64,000 nt of DNA from Octopus vulgaris (taxonomy: Eukaryota). The stretch spans positions 21,080,001 to 21,144,000 of the forward strand of contig OX597814.1 in the NCBI GenBank assembly GCA_951406725.2, in the 5' to 3' direction. A program made the translations under genes and the position numbers. Positions 12,298 to 21,801 of the stretch are shown piece by piece. The first letter of the stretch is position 1. Every line of letters starts with the position of its first letter. The notes beneath the pieces are model-generated. The model made no database searches. It saw only the letters and a list, made by a program, of their open reading frames with translations, and was not told the DNA's origin.

Positions 12298-12867
12298 ATC
12301 CATATATAGTTCTAAGAAATTAATGGTCCAAATAGGAATTTTTATACTGGAACCTTGGTTCATAAGTTAATAAGTAAGATCTGAATATAGAAAAAGCCTT
12401 GGAAAGAAAAATATTAGTACCAAGGATAAATTAACCTGTTATTAATAGAAGTTACATGGAAACAATGAATCAAACTCTGTAGAGCATCCTACCATGGTAA
12501 GATACAATATTTTATTAATACCATTAATATAACATTGATTTTTAACTTTGAAACAAAGCCACGAATTGGAGTTTGAATTCTGCTGAGGTCAGCTTTGCCC
12601 TTCATTCTTCTGGGATCAATAGAATTATATACTAAACAAGTACTGTGATTGATTTCTGTTCCTTTAATACATTTCAGATTTAAATGAAATTATAACAGAG
12701 CACTAAAGCCCTACAAGGAAAAAAGATAAAAAGAGGTAATATTTATCCCTGCTTAAACATGGGTGTTCTGTTAGAACAAACTATACTGTGGTAGATATCA
12801 TGAGAGAAACTCTCACATTGGCTTTTGGTGAAAAATTCTCAAATAAGGTAAAGATGACATGTAATGT

Positions 12868-13265
12868 TGGTTTCATATTTTGGTGCATGGCCAGCAATTT
12901 TAGGGGATGGGCAAATCAATTACATTGACCCAAGTGCTCAACTGGTACTTATTTTATTGACCCCAAAAAGGATGAAAGGTAAAGTGGAACTTGGTGGAAT
13001 TTGAACTCAGAATGTGAAGATGGATGAAATGCTGCTAAGCATTTTTCCTGGTGTAGAAACGATTCTGCCAGTTTGCTGCTTTAAGATGACATATAATATT
13101 GATTTCAAATTTTGGCACAAGGCCAGCAATTTCAGGGGCAGGGGTAAGTTGATTACACCAACTCCAAAGTTAAACAGGTACTTATTTTATCAACTCTGAA
13201 AGGATGAGACGAAATGCCGCAAAGCATTTTGTCCAATGTACTAATGGTTCTGTCAGCTCACCACC
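12868..13265 (-). mobile_element. Two adjacent degenerate family B SINEs
   Basis: ctggtacttattttattgacccc...ggatgaaagg...gaatttgaactcag motifs, seen twice. Confidence 0.65.
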
Positions 13266-13599
13266 ATCGGATGGCATATAATATTAATAACAGCATAGAT
13301 AGGCATAGACATAGCTGTGTGGATAAGAAGGTTGTTTTGTAAGCACATGATTTTGGATTCAGTCCTATTGTGTGGAATATTTGATAAGTGTATAGCCCTA
13401 AGCAAACCAATGGTCTACAAGTGAATTTGAAAAATGGAAACTATGTGGAAGCTCATCATGTGTGTGTGTGCGTGTGTGTGTGCGTGCGTAGGTGTGTGTG
13501 TGTGTGTGTGTGCGCATATGTGTGTGTGTGTGTGTGTTTGCATTTGTGCTTGTCCAACCCTCCACTTGACAACTGGTACTAGTTTATGTCTCCATAAAC

Positions 13600-13808
13600 T
13601 CTTTTATTCTTTTACTTGTTTCAGTCATGTGACTGTGGGCATGCTGGAACACCGCTTTTAGTCGAGAAAATTTAGCCCAGGACTTATTCTTTGAAACCTA
13701 GTACTTATTCTATCAGTCTCTTTTTTGCCGAACCACTAAATTACGGGGACATAAACACACCAGCATCAGTTGTCAAGTAATGTTGGGGGAACAAACACAG
13801 ACACACAA

Positions 13809-13851
<43 letters not shown>

Positions 13852-13970
13852 TACGACGGGCTTCTTTCAGTTTCCGTCTACCAAATCCACGGCCCGAGAC
13901 TATAGTAGAAGACACTTAACCAAGGTGCCATGCAGTGGGACTGAACCCGGAACCATGTGGTTCATAAGCA
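13600..13970 (-). mobile_element. tRNA-derived SINE, family A
   Basis: Reverse complement of the family A consensus seen at 6221-6638. Confidence 0.8.
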
Positions 13971-14629
13971 TTTAAGATTGAACTCTTAATTGATCAAAGC
14001 TTTGTGAGTGAAATTTGGGAGACGGAAACTTTATGGAAGGCCACCATAAGAACCATTTCTACTGTTGGAGAGCAGAGTTAATCTAATCTGTTGCCCAGTT
14101 TAACAAAACAACCATTCGGCTGCAGATTAAAGCAAAGGGAACAGCAGGATGTTGATTTAAGTATCACTACAGTGCTACTACATACTACAGTCCATGTGTA
14201 TATATCTTTTATCTTCTACTAGCTTCAGTCATTAGACTACAGCCATGCTGGGGCACCACCTTGAATTTTTTATAGCTGAATCAATCAGCCCCAGTACTTA
14301 TTTTTTAAGCCTAGTACTTATTTTATCGGTCTTTTTATTTATATATATATATATATATGTATATATCATCATCATCATCACCACCGCAAAACAAATGTGG
14401 AATGATGACGATGATATGTGTGTGTGTGTGCATGTGTGCATGCATGTGTTTTTTTGTATGTGTGTGTGTGTGTATGTGTGTGTGTGTGTGTATGCGTGTG
14501 TGTGTGTGTGTGTATAAGTATTGCCAATTGAGCAGAATATGCTTCACTGGAGAGGCCTAATAAGACTGAAACGTCCATTACTTTTTGGCTTTAAAGACTA
14601 CACATCAATCCAGTCTGTATTGTCTACAT

Positions 14630-14911
14630 CAGTGGTTCTCAAAGTGGGGGTGGTATTGCTCCCCCACTCACTGGAGGTGGTGAAAAGTTCCAAGGGGCAT
14701 TGAAAAAAAGTAGGGCAATAATAGGGTAGTGATTCATGTAAAAACAACAAAATAATGGGTTCATTAGGTTAAGTTTTATTTGTGAAATACAGTTGCTTTG
14801 AATTTTCTCAAAAAGAGGTCTATGTTTGTGATGTTTAGTTGAGGTAGGGGTGCTAGGAATATGGCCTGGGTGTCAAGGGGGTGGTAGCCTGAAAAAGTTT
14901 GGAAACTACTG
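14630..14911. mobile_element. Non-autonomous hAT (Charlie-like) MITE
   Basis: Termini CAGTGGTTCTCAAA / TTTGGAAACTACTG; exact 8-bp target-site duplication GTCTACAT at 14622-14629 and 14912-14919. Confidence 0.9.
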
Positions 14912-15605
14912 GTCTACATTATCTAAATTTTGAAAAATAACCAATCTTCTTATAGTATCCCACTTGCATACTGTTTCAAGAACGTCTTAGAGAGAGAGTT
15001 TTTGTCTGTTAATTCCTTGAAGATTTTCAACTCACTACACCACACACACATGAGACCTTCTTATATTTATACTTGACATTATTTATTTTTGTGTTACTAT
15101 GAATCTAAAATATATTTTATTACTTAAGTATTGCAATAATTTTCTTTCCAACTATTTACAAGAATTATTTATGAGGGAAATTTACAAAATCTTGGAAAAT
15201 AAGAAAATATGTATAAAAAGAAAATATAAAGAAATCTGTGAAAAATTATATTTAGAAAGGAAAACACATCGAATATATGAGAGACTGAATGTGTGTGAAT
15301 ATTGTCTGAGGGTGTATATAAAAGCAAAGTGTGTGTGTGTGTGTGTGTTTGAGACTGTTGTGAATGTGTATTCAATTCAATGTGCTCAGTTATTGCTTTC
15401 TCATTGCAGAGATAAAACCCTGTTTGTATTTCTTCATAAACTTTCGGTTTTAAGTTTCTGATCTTTAACTTTTATTTGTTTCAGTCAGCAGACCGAATTG
15501 TTTTGTTGAACAAATCAACCCCAGTGCTCACTTCTAAGCTTGACACTAACTCTATTGGTCTATTTTGATGAACCCTGAGTTACAGGTTTGTAAACAAATC
15601 AACAC

Positions 15606-16006
15606 TCTTTTACTTGTTTCAGTCATTTGACTATGGCCATGCTGGAGCACTACCTTTAGTCGAGCAAATTGATCCTAGAATTTATCCTTTGTAAGCATAG
15701 TACTTATTCTATCGGTCTCTTTTGCCGAACCGCTAAGTTACAGGGACGTAAACACACCAGCATCAGTTGTCAAGCGATGGTGGGGGACAAACACATACAC
15801 ACAAACATATACACACAAACATATACACACACACATATATATATACATATACACGACGGGCTTTTTCCAGTTTCCATCTATCAAATCCACTCACAAGGCT
15901 TTGGTTGGCCTGAAGCTATAGTAGAAGACACTTGCCCAAGGTGCCATGCAGTGGGACTGAAGCCAAGACCATGTGGTTGGTAAACAAGCTACTTATCACA
16001 CAGCCA
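15606..16006 (-). mobile_element. tRNA-derived SINE, family A
   Basis: Full-length reverse-complement copy. Confidence 0.85.
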
Positions 16007-16098
16007 TACATACATAATACATACGTACGTACATACATACATCCATATATATGTACATACATACATACATACATACAAACAAACAAACAAAAATACCC

Positions 16099-16450
16099 TG
16101 TTGTTGATGTTGAAATTCCAATGAAGGAACCTTGGATCTGGGTTAGAAACCAGTTCTTGCTCTATTGTCAAGAAATCTTGAAATAAACTGAATAATGACA
16201 TACATACATACATACATACATACATACATACATACATACTGTAAACATCTGTAAAACTTTCCAGAAGTTTATCATTTAAATGTATATGAGCATGTCTCGA
16301 CATGCAACTATATGGATGAAAATACATACATAAAGCAAAACATACAAATCTGAACATATACATACATACATACATACATACCATGTTGTTGATATTGAAA
16401 TTCCAATGAAGGAGCCTTGGATCTAGGTTAGAAACTGGCTCTTTCTCTAT
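16099..16450. repeat. Direct repeat of a ~65-bp unit among (ATAC)n tracts
   Basis: tgttgttgat(g/a)ttgaaattccaatgaagga(a/g)ccttggatct(g/a)ggttagaaac at about 16099 and 16384. Confidence 0.8.
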
Positions 16451-16779
16451 ATCGAACGTTCGTATAAACGCTTGTGTACCTTGGGAATTTTCTTTGATGT
16501 AAATCAATGTTTTTCCTTTTTCTTCCTATCTGTATCTGCCGATATATAATGCTTTGCATGGTACTGTATTATTGTTGTTGTTGTTGTTTTTGCTATTATG
16601 TTGCTAGCCGTGTGATGCATGTATTGTTTTGCAGGTATTAATGCTATTAATAATAATAATAATGATATTAGTAGCAATAGTGGCAATGGCAATAGTAATG
16701 ATGGTAATATTAATGGCATTTTGTAACTTAATATAATGAACTCTTGACTTTGTATATCTGCATTTGAATATAGATATAT

Positions 16780-17009
16780 ATTTCTATACTGCCCACAAGG
16801 GGCTAAACATAGAGGGGACAAACAAGGACAGACAAAGGGAGTAAGTCGATTACATCGACCCCAGTGCGAAACTGGTACTTTATTTATCAACCCCGAAAGG
16901 ATGAAAGGTAAAGTCGACCTCGGCAGAATTTGAACTCAGAATGTAAAGACAGACGAAATACCTCTAAGCATTTCGCCTGGCACGCTAACGTTTCTGCCGG
17001 CTCGCCGCC
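16780..17009 (-). mobile_element. tRNA-derived SINE, family B (Deu/Nin-like core)
   Basis: Reverse complement of ggcggcgag...gagttcaaattc...cctttcatcctttcggggt...agtaccag...agccccttgtggg. Confidence 0.85.
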
Positions 17010-17521
17010 TATATTTGAATATAGATATGTGTATGTTTCTATATTGTAATATTCTGATATATTGTTTTGACCAACTGTAACCTTGAATATAGCACATAAA
17101 TATGTATATTGCTTTTTATATGGCACCATTATATCAACTGCTAAATGAATGCCTTAGTATACTGTTTGATTAACCAATTTTTCAAAACTTACGACACTAA
17201 TATATCCTTTGGAAAGGCATCAACATCACATATTACATTTCTTTTATGGCAGTTTAAGAAATAAATACTATTGTTGAATAATGTACAGGAGTTAACTTCT
17301 CAAGTAAGTATTAATGTTATGCAAAGAACCTGACAACACTCTCACAACCGAGTTGTTACAACTTCAATAGACATTTGATTTCTTTTATTGTATTGAATAT
17401 TACTTGCATATTTTAGTTTGTACTAAGTCGATATTTTATTCACAAATACATAGTTTTGTTATGACAAGTCTTCAGTTAAATATCATTGTTGTATTCATGT
17501 TTCTAGAATTTTCTGTTGCAG

Positions 17522-17569
17522 AGTTAAGAGGAGTGCCTTCACTCCTCTCACTTTGCATTCTGTGCATTG
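17522..17569 (+). CDS. Candidate micro-exon encoding a BC-box-like peptide
   Basis: Acceptor tttctgttgcAG, peptide (E)LRGVPSLLSLCILCI, weak donor G|GTACAG. Confidence 0.25.
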
Positions 17570-17925
17570 GTACAGTGTTCTGTTGAAAGCTGTAGTTATA
17601 ACATACTACAATACATCAGCACACAGAACAAATTTAATGAGTAGTTTTTCTTTTAGACTTCTCTGTCTGTCAAACTGTTTAGTGTTCAAAGCACAGCAGT
17701 TCTACTTATTCTATACTGACATACATAATTTCATAGTTGAACAGTCAATATATCAGTGTAACTTTATAATTGGACAAGTCCATTGCTGTCAGGCAAGGGA
17801 TGTCACGAATAGGAAAGAATGGGTCCATAAGTAACTTGTGTAGTTCTTTAGTTTCAAGTCAGCTCTGGTTTTAATAATACTGTCCTTCTTTTGGTCTCCA
17901 TACTGTCTCTACATGTCTAAATTGT

Positions 17926-18246
17926 GGGCGCATGGCTTAGTGGTCAGAGCATTTGGCTCATGATCGTAAGGTTTTGAGTTCGATACCCGGCAATGTGTTG
18001 TGTCCTTGAGCAAGACACTTTATTTCACGTTGCTCCAGTCCACTCAGCTGGCAAAAATGAGTTGTACCTGTATTTCAAAAGGGCCAGCCTTGTCACACTC
18101 TGTGTCACGCTGAATCTCCCTGAGAACTACATTAGGGGTACACATGTCTGTGGAGTGCTCAGCCACTTGCATGTTAATTTCATGAACAAGCTATTCCGTT
18201 GATCGTATCAGCTGGGACCCTTGTCGTCGTAACTGACGGAGTGCTC
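17926..18246 (+). mobile_element. tRNA-derived SINE, family C, with 17-bp target-site duplication
   Basis: A box tggcttagtgg, B box gagttcgatacc, core tgtgtccttgagcaagacac; duplication CTACATGTCTAAATTGT at 17909-17925 and 18247-18263. Confidence 0.9.
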
Positions 18247-19218
18247 CTACATGTCTAAATTGTCCATTATTCCAATTAAATGACCAACAACGTATGGGTC
18301 TAGTGTGTGGATAGTGTAGAGATGTAATGGAGAGGCATATTGCACAGATGGAATAGCAATGTCGAGACAGAATGAGAGACACTGTTCCACAATTGCATCC
18401 TTAAAATGTCTTTTATTCCATTTCCACATTGATCCTCAATTTCATCTCTACTGTGTTGTTCCATGCCACTCAGCACTGTTCCCTATTCCATCTTTTCTTC
18501 ATTCTCCATACAATCTCTTCACTTTCCTTCCTTCTATCTCCATACTGTCTCCCTCTTTATCTCTACAGTGTTCCTCACTCCTGACTCCATGATGATTCTC
18601 TGTTTATCCCTACAGTCCATCCATTGATCCATCAATCCATCCACCCACCCATCCATCTGTCTGTCTGCCTATCCATCTCTCTCTCTCTCTCTATCTATCG
18701 ATTTCTTTTTTCTTTTTTACGATCCCTTTTGATCAAAAACCTACCCCACTTCTTTTTATTTTTTTCCCCAAAAAGAAAAGCTCTACTTTGTAATTTGTCC
18801 CCTCTGTGTTCAGCCCTGTGTGGCTAATAAAGAAACATATCTATCTATCTATCTATCTATCTACACAGTTCTCACTCCATCTCATTGTGTCTCTCCTTCC
18901 CATCTCGTCATTATTCCCCACTCCGATCTCTATATTAATTCTCACTCCATCCCTAAAGCCACTCTCTGTCTATGTCTGTGGTCTCTCTTTCTTTCCCAAC
19001 ATTATCCTTCACTCCATCCCTTCATTACCGTTTCTCCATCTCCACATTATTCCTTACTCAATCTCAACACTATTATCAACTTTCTCTCTTCATTCTCAGT
19101 ACTGGAGCTTACCTTAAAACTAGAGTGTGAACAGCATATCTTTCTTTGAAATGTGGAGGAGGATTTGATGCAGGTGTTTAATTGATATGAAGTTTAAAGT
19201 GAAATTGGTGCATTGGGG

Positions 19219-19283
<65 letters not shown>

Positions 19284-20052
19284 GCAGATAAAAAGATTAA
19301 AAGTACTAAAATGATTGACAGATATGATGTCTATTACAGAGATGAAAGATAGAAAGCAGGGAGGAAAGATGTAAACAAGCAGTTCCTAACAAGGAAAGTT
19401 CTTTATTGGAGGAGAAAACAGAAATATGATATACACAAAGGTAAATATGGGTATTTAGGAGTTTCTCATTCTCTTCTAATATAAATACATGTGAAAAGAA
19501 ATAATGATGAGGTTATTTTATATAGTGCTCAAGTACACTACAACTCATCAGAAAAGGTTAAAAGAAGTGATAGATAGCAGATGTATAAGTCAAGTAAAGA
19601 AAGAAGCCACATAAGCTAGAAGTACATGTACAGTTTACAGAATGAATCAAGACAGAAAAGTGAACATTAACATTAAAATGTTATTTCCTTTAGTTTCAAA
19701 CCACATTGATTTCTCACAATATTCAATCCATATTACCAAAACTTGAAGCTGTACAACTTCTAACACCAAGAAAACATATCTTTCTCTCATTCTGTTACCT
19801 ATTTTTTAAATCTTCACTGAAATTTTACTAAAATCAGCAACAATTTTATCAAGTTTCAATAAATTAATGAATAAAAATTAAAATATTTCCTTCAGATTCA
19901 ATATGCTAAATTCTGAATAAGGCAGATTAAGTGACAGACAGACAAACAAACTAGTACTGACATATGAAAGATCATTTTTAGACATTTAATTCAATAATGT
20001 AATCTTGTCTAGATAGCTTAATGAGAATTTTGTGCTGTTCTGTTTATGATAT

Positions 20053-20327
20053 TGTGGTGTGGTGTTGAAGGAGTGTGACGGAGCGGGAGGGAGCGGAATT
20101 GGGTCTTGCAGGTCTTGCAGGGCGCATGCGCCGGCGGAAGCGGAAGTGACAGAGAGAACGCACGTGCGGCATTGACCAGGCCGGAGGGACTTGAGAACGA
20201 CGCCAAGACGACAAGACGCTAGCAAGTTGGCTGAAGGCGAATCCGACTTCATCTCCTCAGGTAAGACCAAATTACACTTCTAATTCTTTCCTTGTTCTGT
20301 TACGCTCCTTTCACCACACTTATTACA
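20053..20327 (+). repeat. 5' LTR
   Basis: TGTGGTG...TTACA, direct repeat of 24021-24295. Confidence 0.97.
20122..20166 (+). promoter_or_regulatory. TATA-less LTR promoter motif cluster (NRF1-like, tandem ETS, E-box)
   Basis: GCGCATGCGC 20122-20131, CGGAAGCGGAAGTG 20135-20148, CACGTG 20161-20166; present in both LTRs; motif match only. Confidence 0.45.
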
Positions 20328-20339
20328 AGCTATTTCGGC
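20328..20339 (+). other. Putative non-canonical primer-binding site complementary to tRNA-Phe nt 1-12
   Basis: AGCTATTTCGGC directly after the LTR is the reverse complement of GCCGAAATAGCT, the 5' end of vertebrate and Drosophila tRNA-Phe(GAA); no TGG-type PBS present. Confidence 0.65.
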
Positions 20340-20382
20340 AAAATAATCACTCGGTTTCGTAAAAAATAAAAAAAAATAAATT

Positions 20383-21138
20383 ATGCAGACTGCTATGATT
20401 TCACGCGACCCTATAACACCGTTTTGCGGCGACACCGACGTGGTCGCTTGGTTGAGGAGGGTAAAATTGGTGGCGAAGCTACATGGCATAGCTGGCCTGG
20501 CTAGTTTTATGCCGTTGTATTTGGATGGCCCGGCGTTGGCGTTATATCTGGAGATGGAGGAGACGGACCAACTCAGCGCGGACAAGGTGGAGATCCGACT
20601 TATGGAGGCCTTCGCGGAAGGAATGTTTGAAGCGTACACTCGACTGGGTAGAATGAGGTGGACAGGACAACAGGTGGACGTGTTCGCCGGCGAGCTTAGA
20701 AGGTTGGCTAAACTTGCGGGATATGAGGGAGAGTCGCTAGAACGCACGGTCAGGTTAGCGTTCGTGACCGGCTTTCCCGACATCATGTCGGTCGAGCTAC
20801 AGAAGCTCCTGAACGTGCGTTCGATGCCGATGGCCGAGATCATATCGCGGGCACGTGTACTGGTGTCATGCAGCAGGTTGACGTCGGTAGCAGCGACTGT
20901 AACGTCGAAAAGTGGCCCAGCTAGGAGCAACGGAGAGGGGCTGGGGAAAGAACGCGTGCGATCGTTCAAGGGACAGTGTTTCCGGTGCCAGGGCCCACAC
21001 ATGGTCCGTGACTGCGCGTCGCCCAAGCCTGAGGTGATTTGCTACCGGTGTCGAGAGCCGGGGCATGTGGCCAGCGAGTGTCTGCGGGGAAACGGACTGC
21101 GGGAGACTACTGCGCCGGTAGTTGTCCCTTTGGATTAG
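20383..21138 (+). CDS. gag: Gag-like protein with two CCHC zinc knuckles
   Basis: 251-aa intact ORF; CFRCQGPHMVRDC and CYRCREPGHVASEC. Confidence 0.92.
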   Translation: MQTAMISRDPITPFCGDTDVVAWLRRVKLVAKLHGIAGLASFMPLYLDGPALALYLEMEETDQLSADKVEIRLMEAFAEGMFEAYTRLGRMRWTGQQVDVFAGELRRLAKLAGYEGESLERTVRLAFVTGFPDIMSVELQKLLNVRSMPMAEIISRARVLVSCSRLTSVAATVTSKSGPARSNGEGLGKERVRSFKGQCFRCQGPHMVRDCASPKPEVICYRCREPGHVASECLRGNGLRETTAPVVVPLD

Positions 21139-21148
21139 TAGCGGCGCA
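21087..21148 (+). promoter_or_regulatory. -1 ribosomal frameshift signal (slippery heptamer plus H-type pseudoknot)
   Basis: G GGA AAC in the gag frame at 21087-21093; stem 21101-21110/21118-21128; loop TGCGCCG pairs with CGGCGCA at 21142-21148; the protease ORF is in the -1 frame. Confidence 0.85.
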
Positions 21149-21800
21149 TTTCTCATCGTTACCTGTGGTCGACATTCTGGTGAAGGGGAAGATATCGCGA
21201 GCCCTGGTGGACACGGGCTGTACGACGACCCTGATGACCACAGAAGTGGCAGAGACGTGGAGTGGAGGAAGCAGTGTTAGGGCAGTCGACGGAAGAGAAG
21301 TGCACTGCGAAGGGGTTACGGATGCGCAGATTGTGGTGCAGGGGCTGCAGCTGACGTTGCGAGCGATTGTGGTCGGTCACTTGGTGGACGAGATCGACGT
21401 GGTGATGGGGATGGATGCGATCACCCGTCTGGGAGGTGTTACCATCAACGAGGCTGGCGTAACGTTTGGGCTAGCAGGGAAGCCGTGTAGGGCGAGACCA
21501 CGCACCGACGACAACCGTGAGGAAATGGATGCGGCGCACACCATTGAAGACCAGGATTTTCGGGCTGTCTTTGATGGCGAGAGGTGGACAGTGGAGTGGC
21601 ACTGGAAGGGAGAGCCCCCGATGTTAAAGAATAAAGTGGGCTGCTATCAGCATACTCTAAAAGGAGATGCCAGAAGTGAGTTTGAGGGGGAGGTGGAGCG
21701 GTGGATTAAGGAGGGCATACTGATCCCCTGGGAAAAAGAAGAGAGCGGAGTCCTGCCACTGATGGCGGTGATACAGCCCACAAAGCGTAAGGTCAGGCCG
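21093..21800 (+). CDS. pol: Pol N-terminal part: aspartic protease and start of RT (-1 frame to gag)
   Basis: ALVDTGC catalytic motif, DVVMGMDAI, then GILIP...PLMAVIQPTKRKVRP; frame breaks at about 21800. Confidence 0.88.
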
Positions 21801-21801
21801 A

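Noticed and set aside
10141-12370. Long ORFs of 140-194 aa over the arrays
   Set aside because: They are open in several frames only because the repeat unit lacks stop codons; the peptides are repetitive.
17926-17995. tRNA gene
   Set aside because: The A and B boxes belong to a SINE head that continues into a core and tail and is flanked by a 17-bp duplication; there is no full cloverleaf.
20053-20339. Tf1-type self-priming of the Gypsy element
   Set aside because: No complement of the post-LTR 12-mer was found within the LTR.
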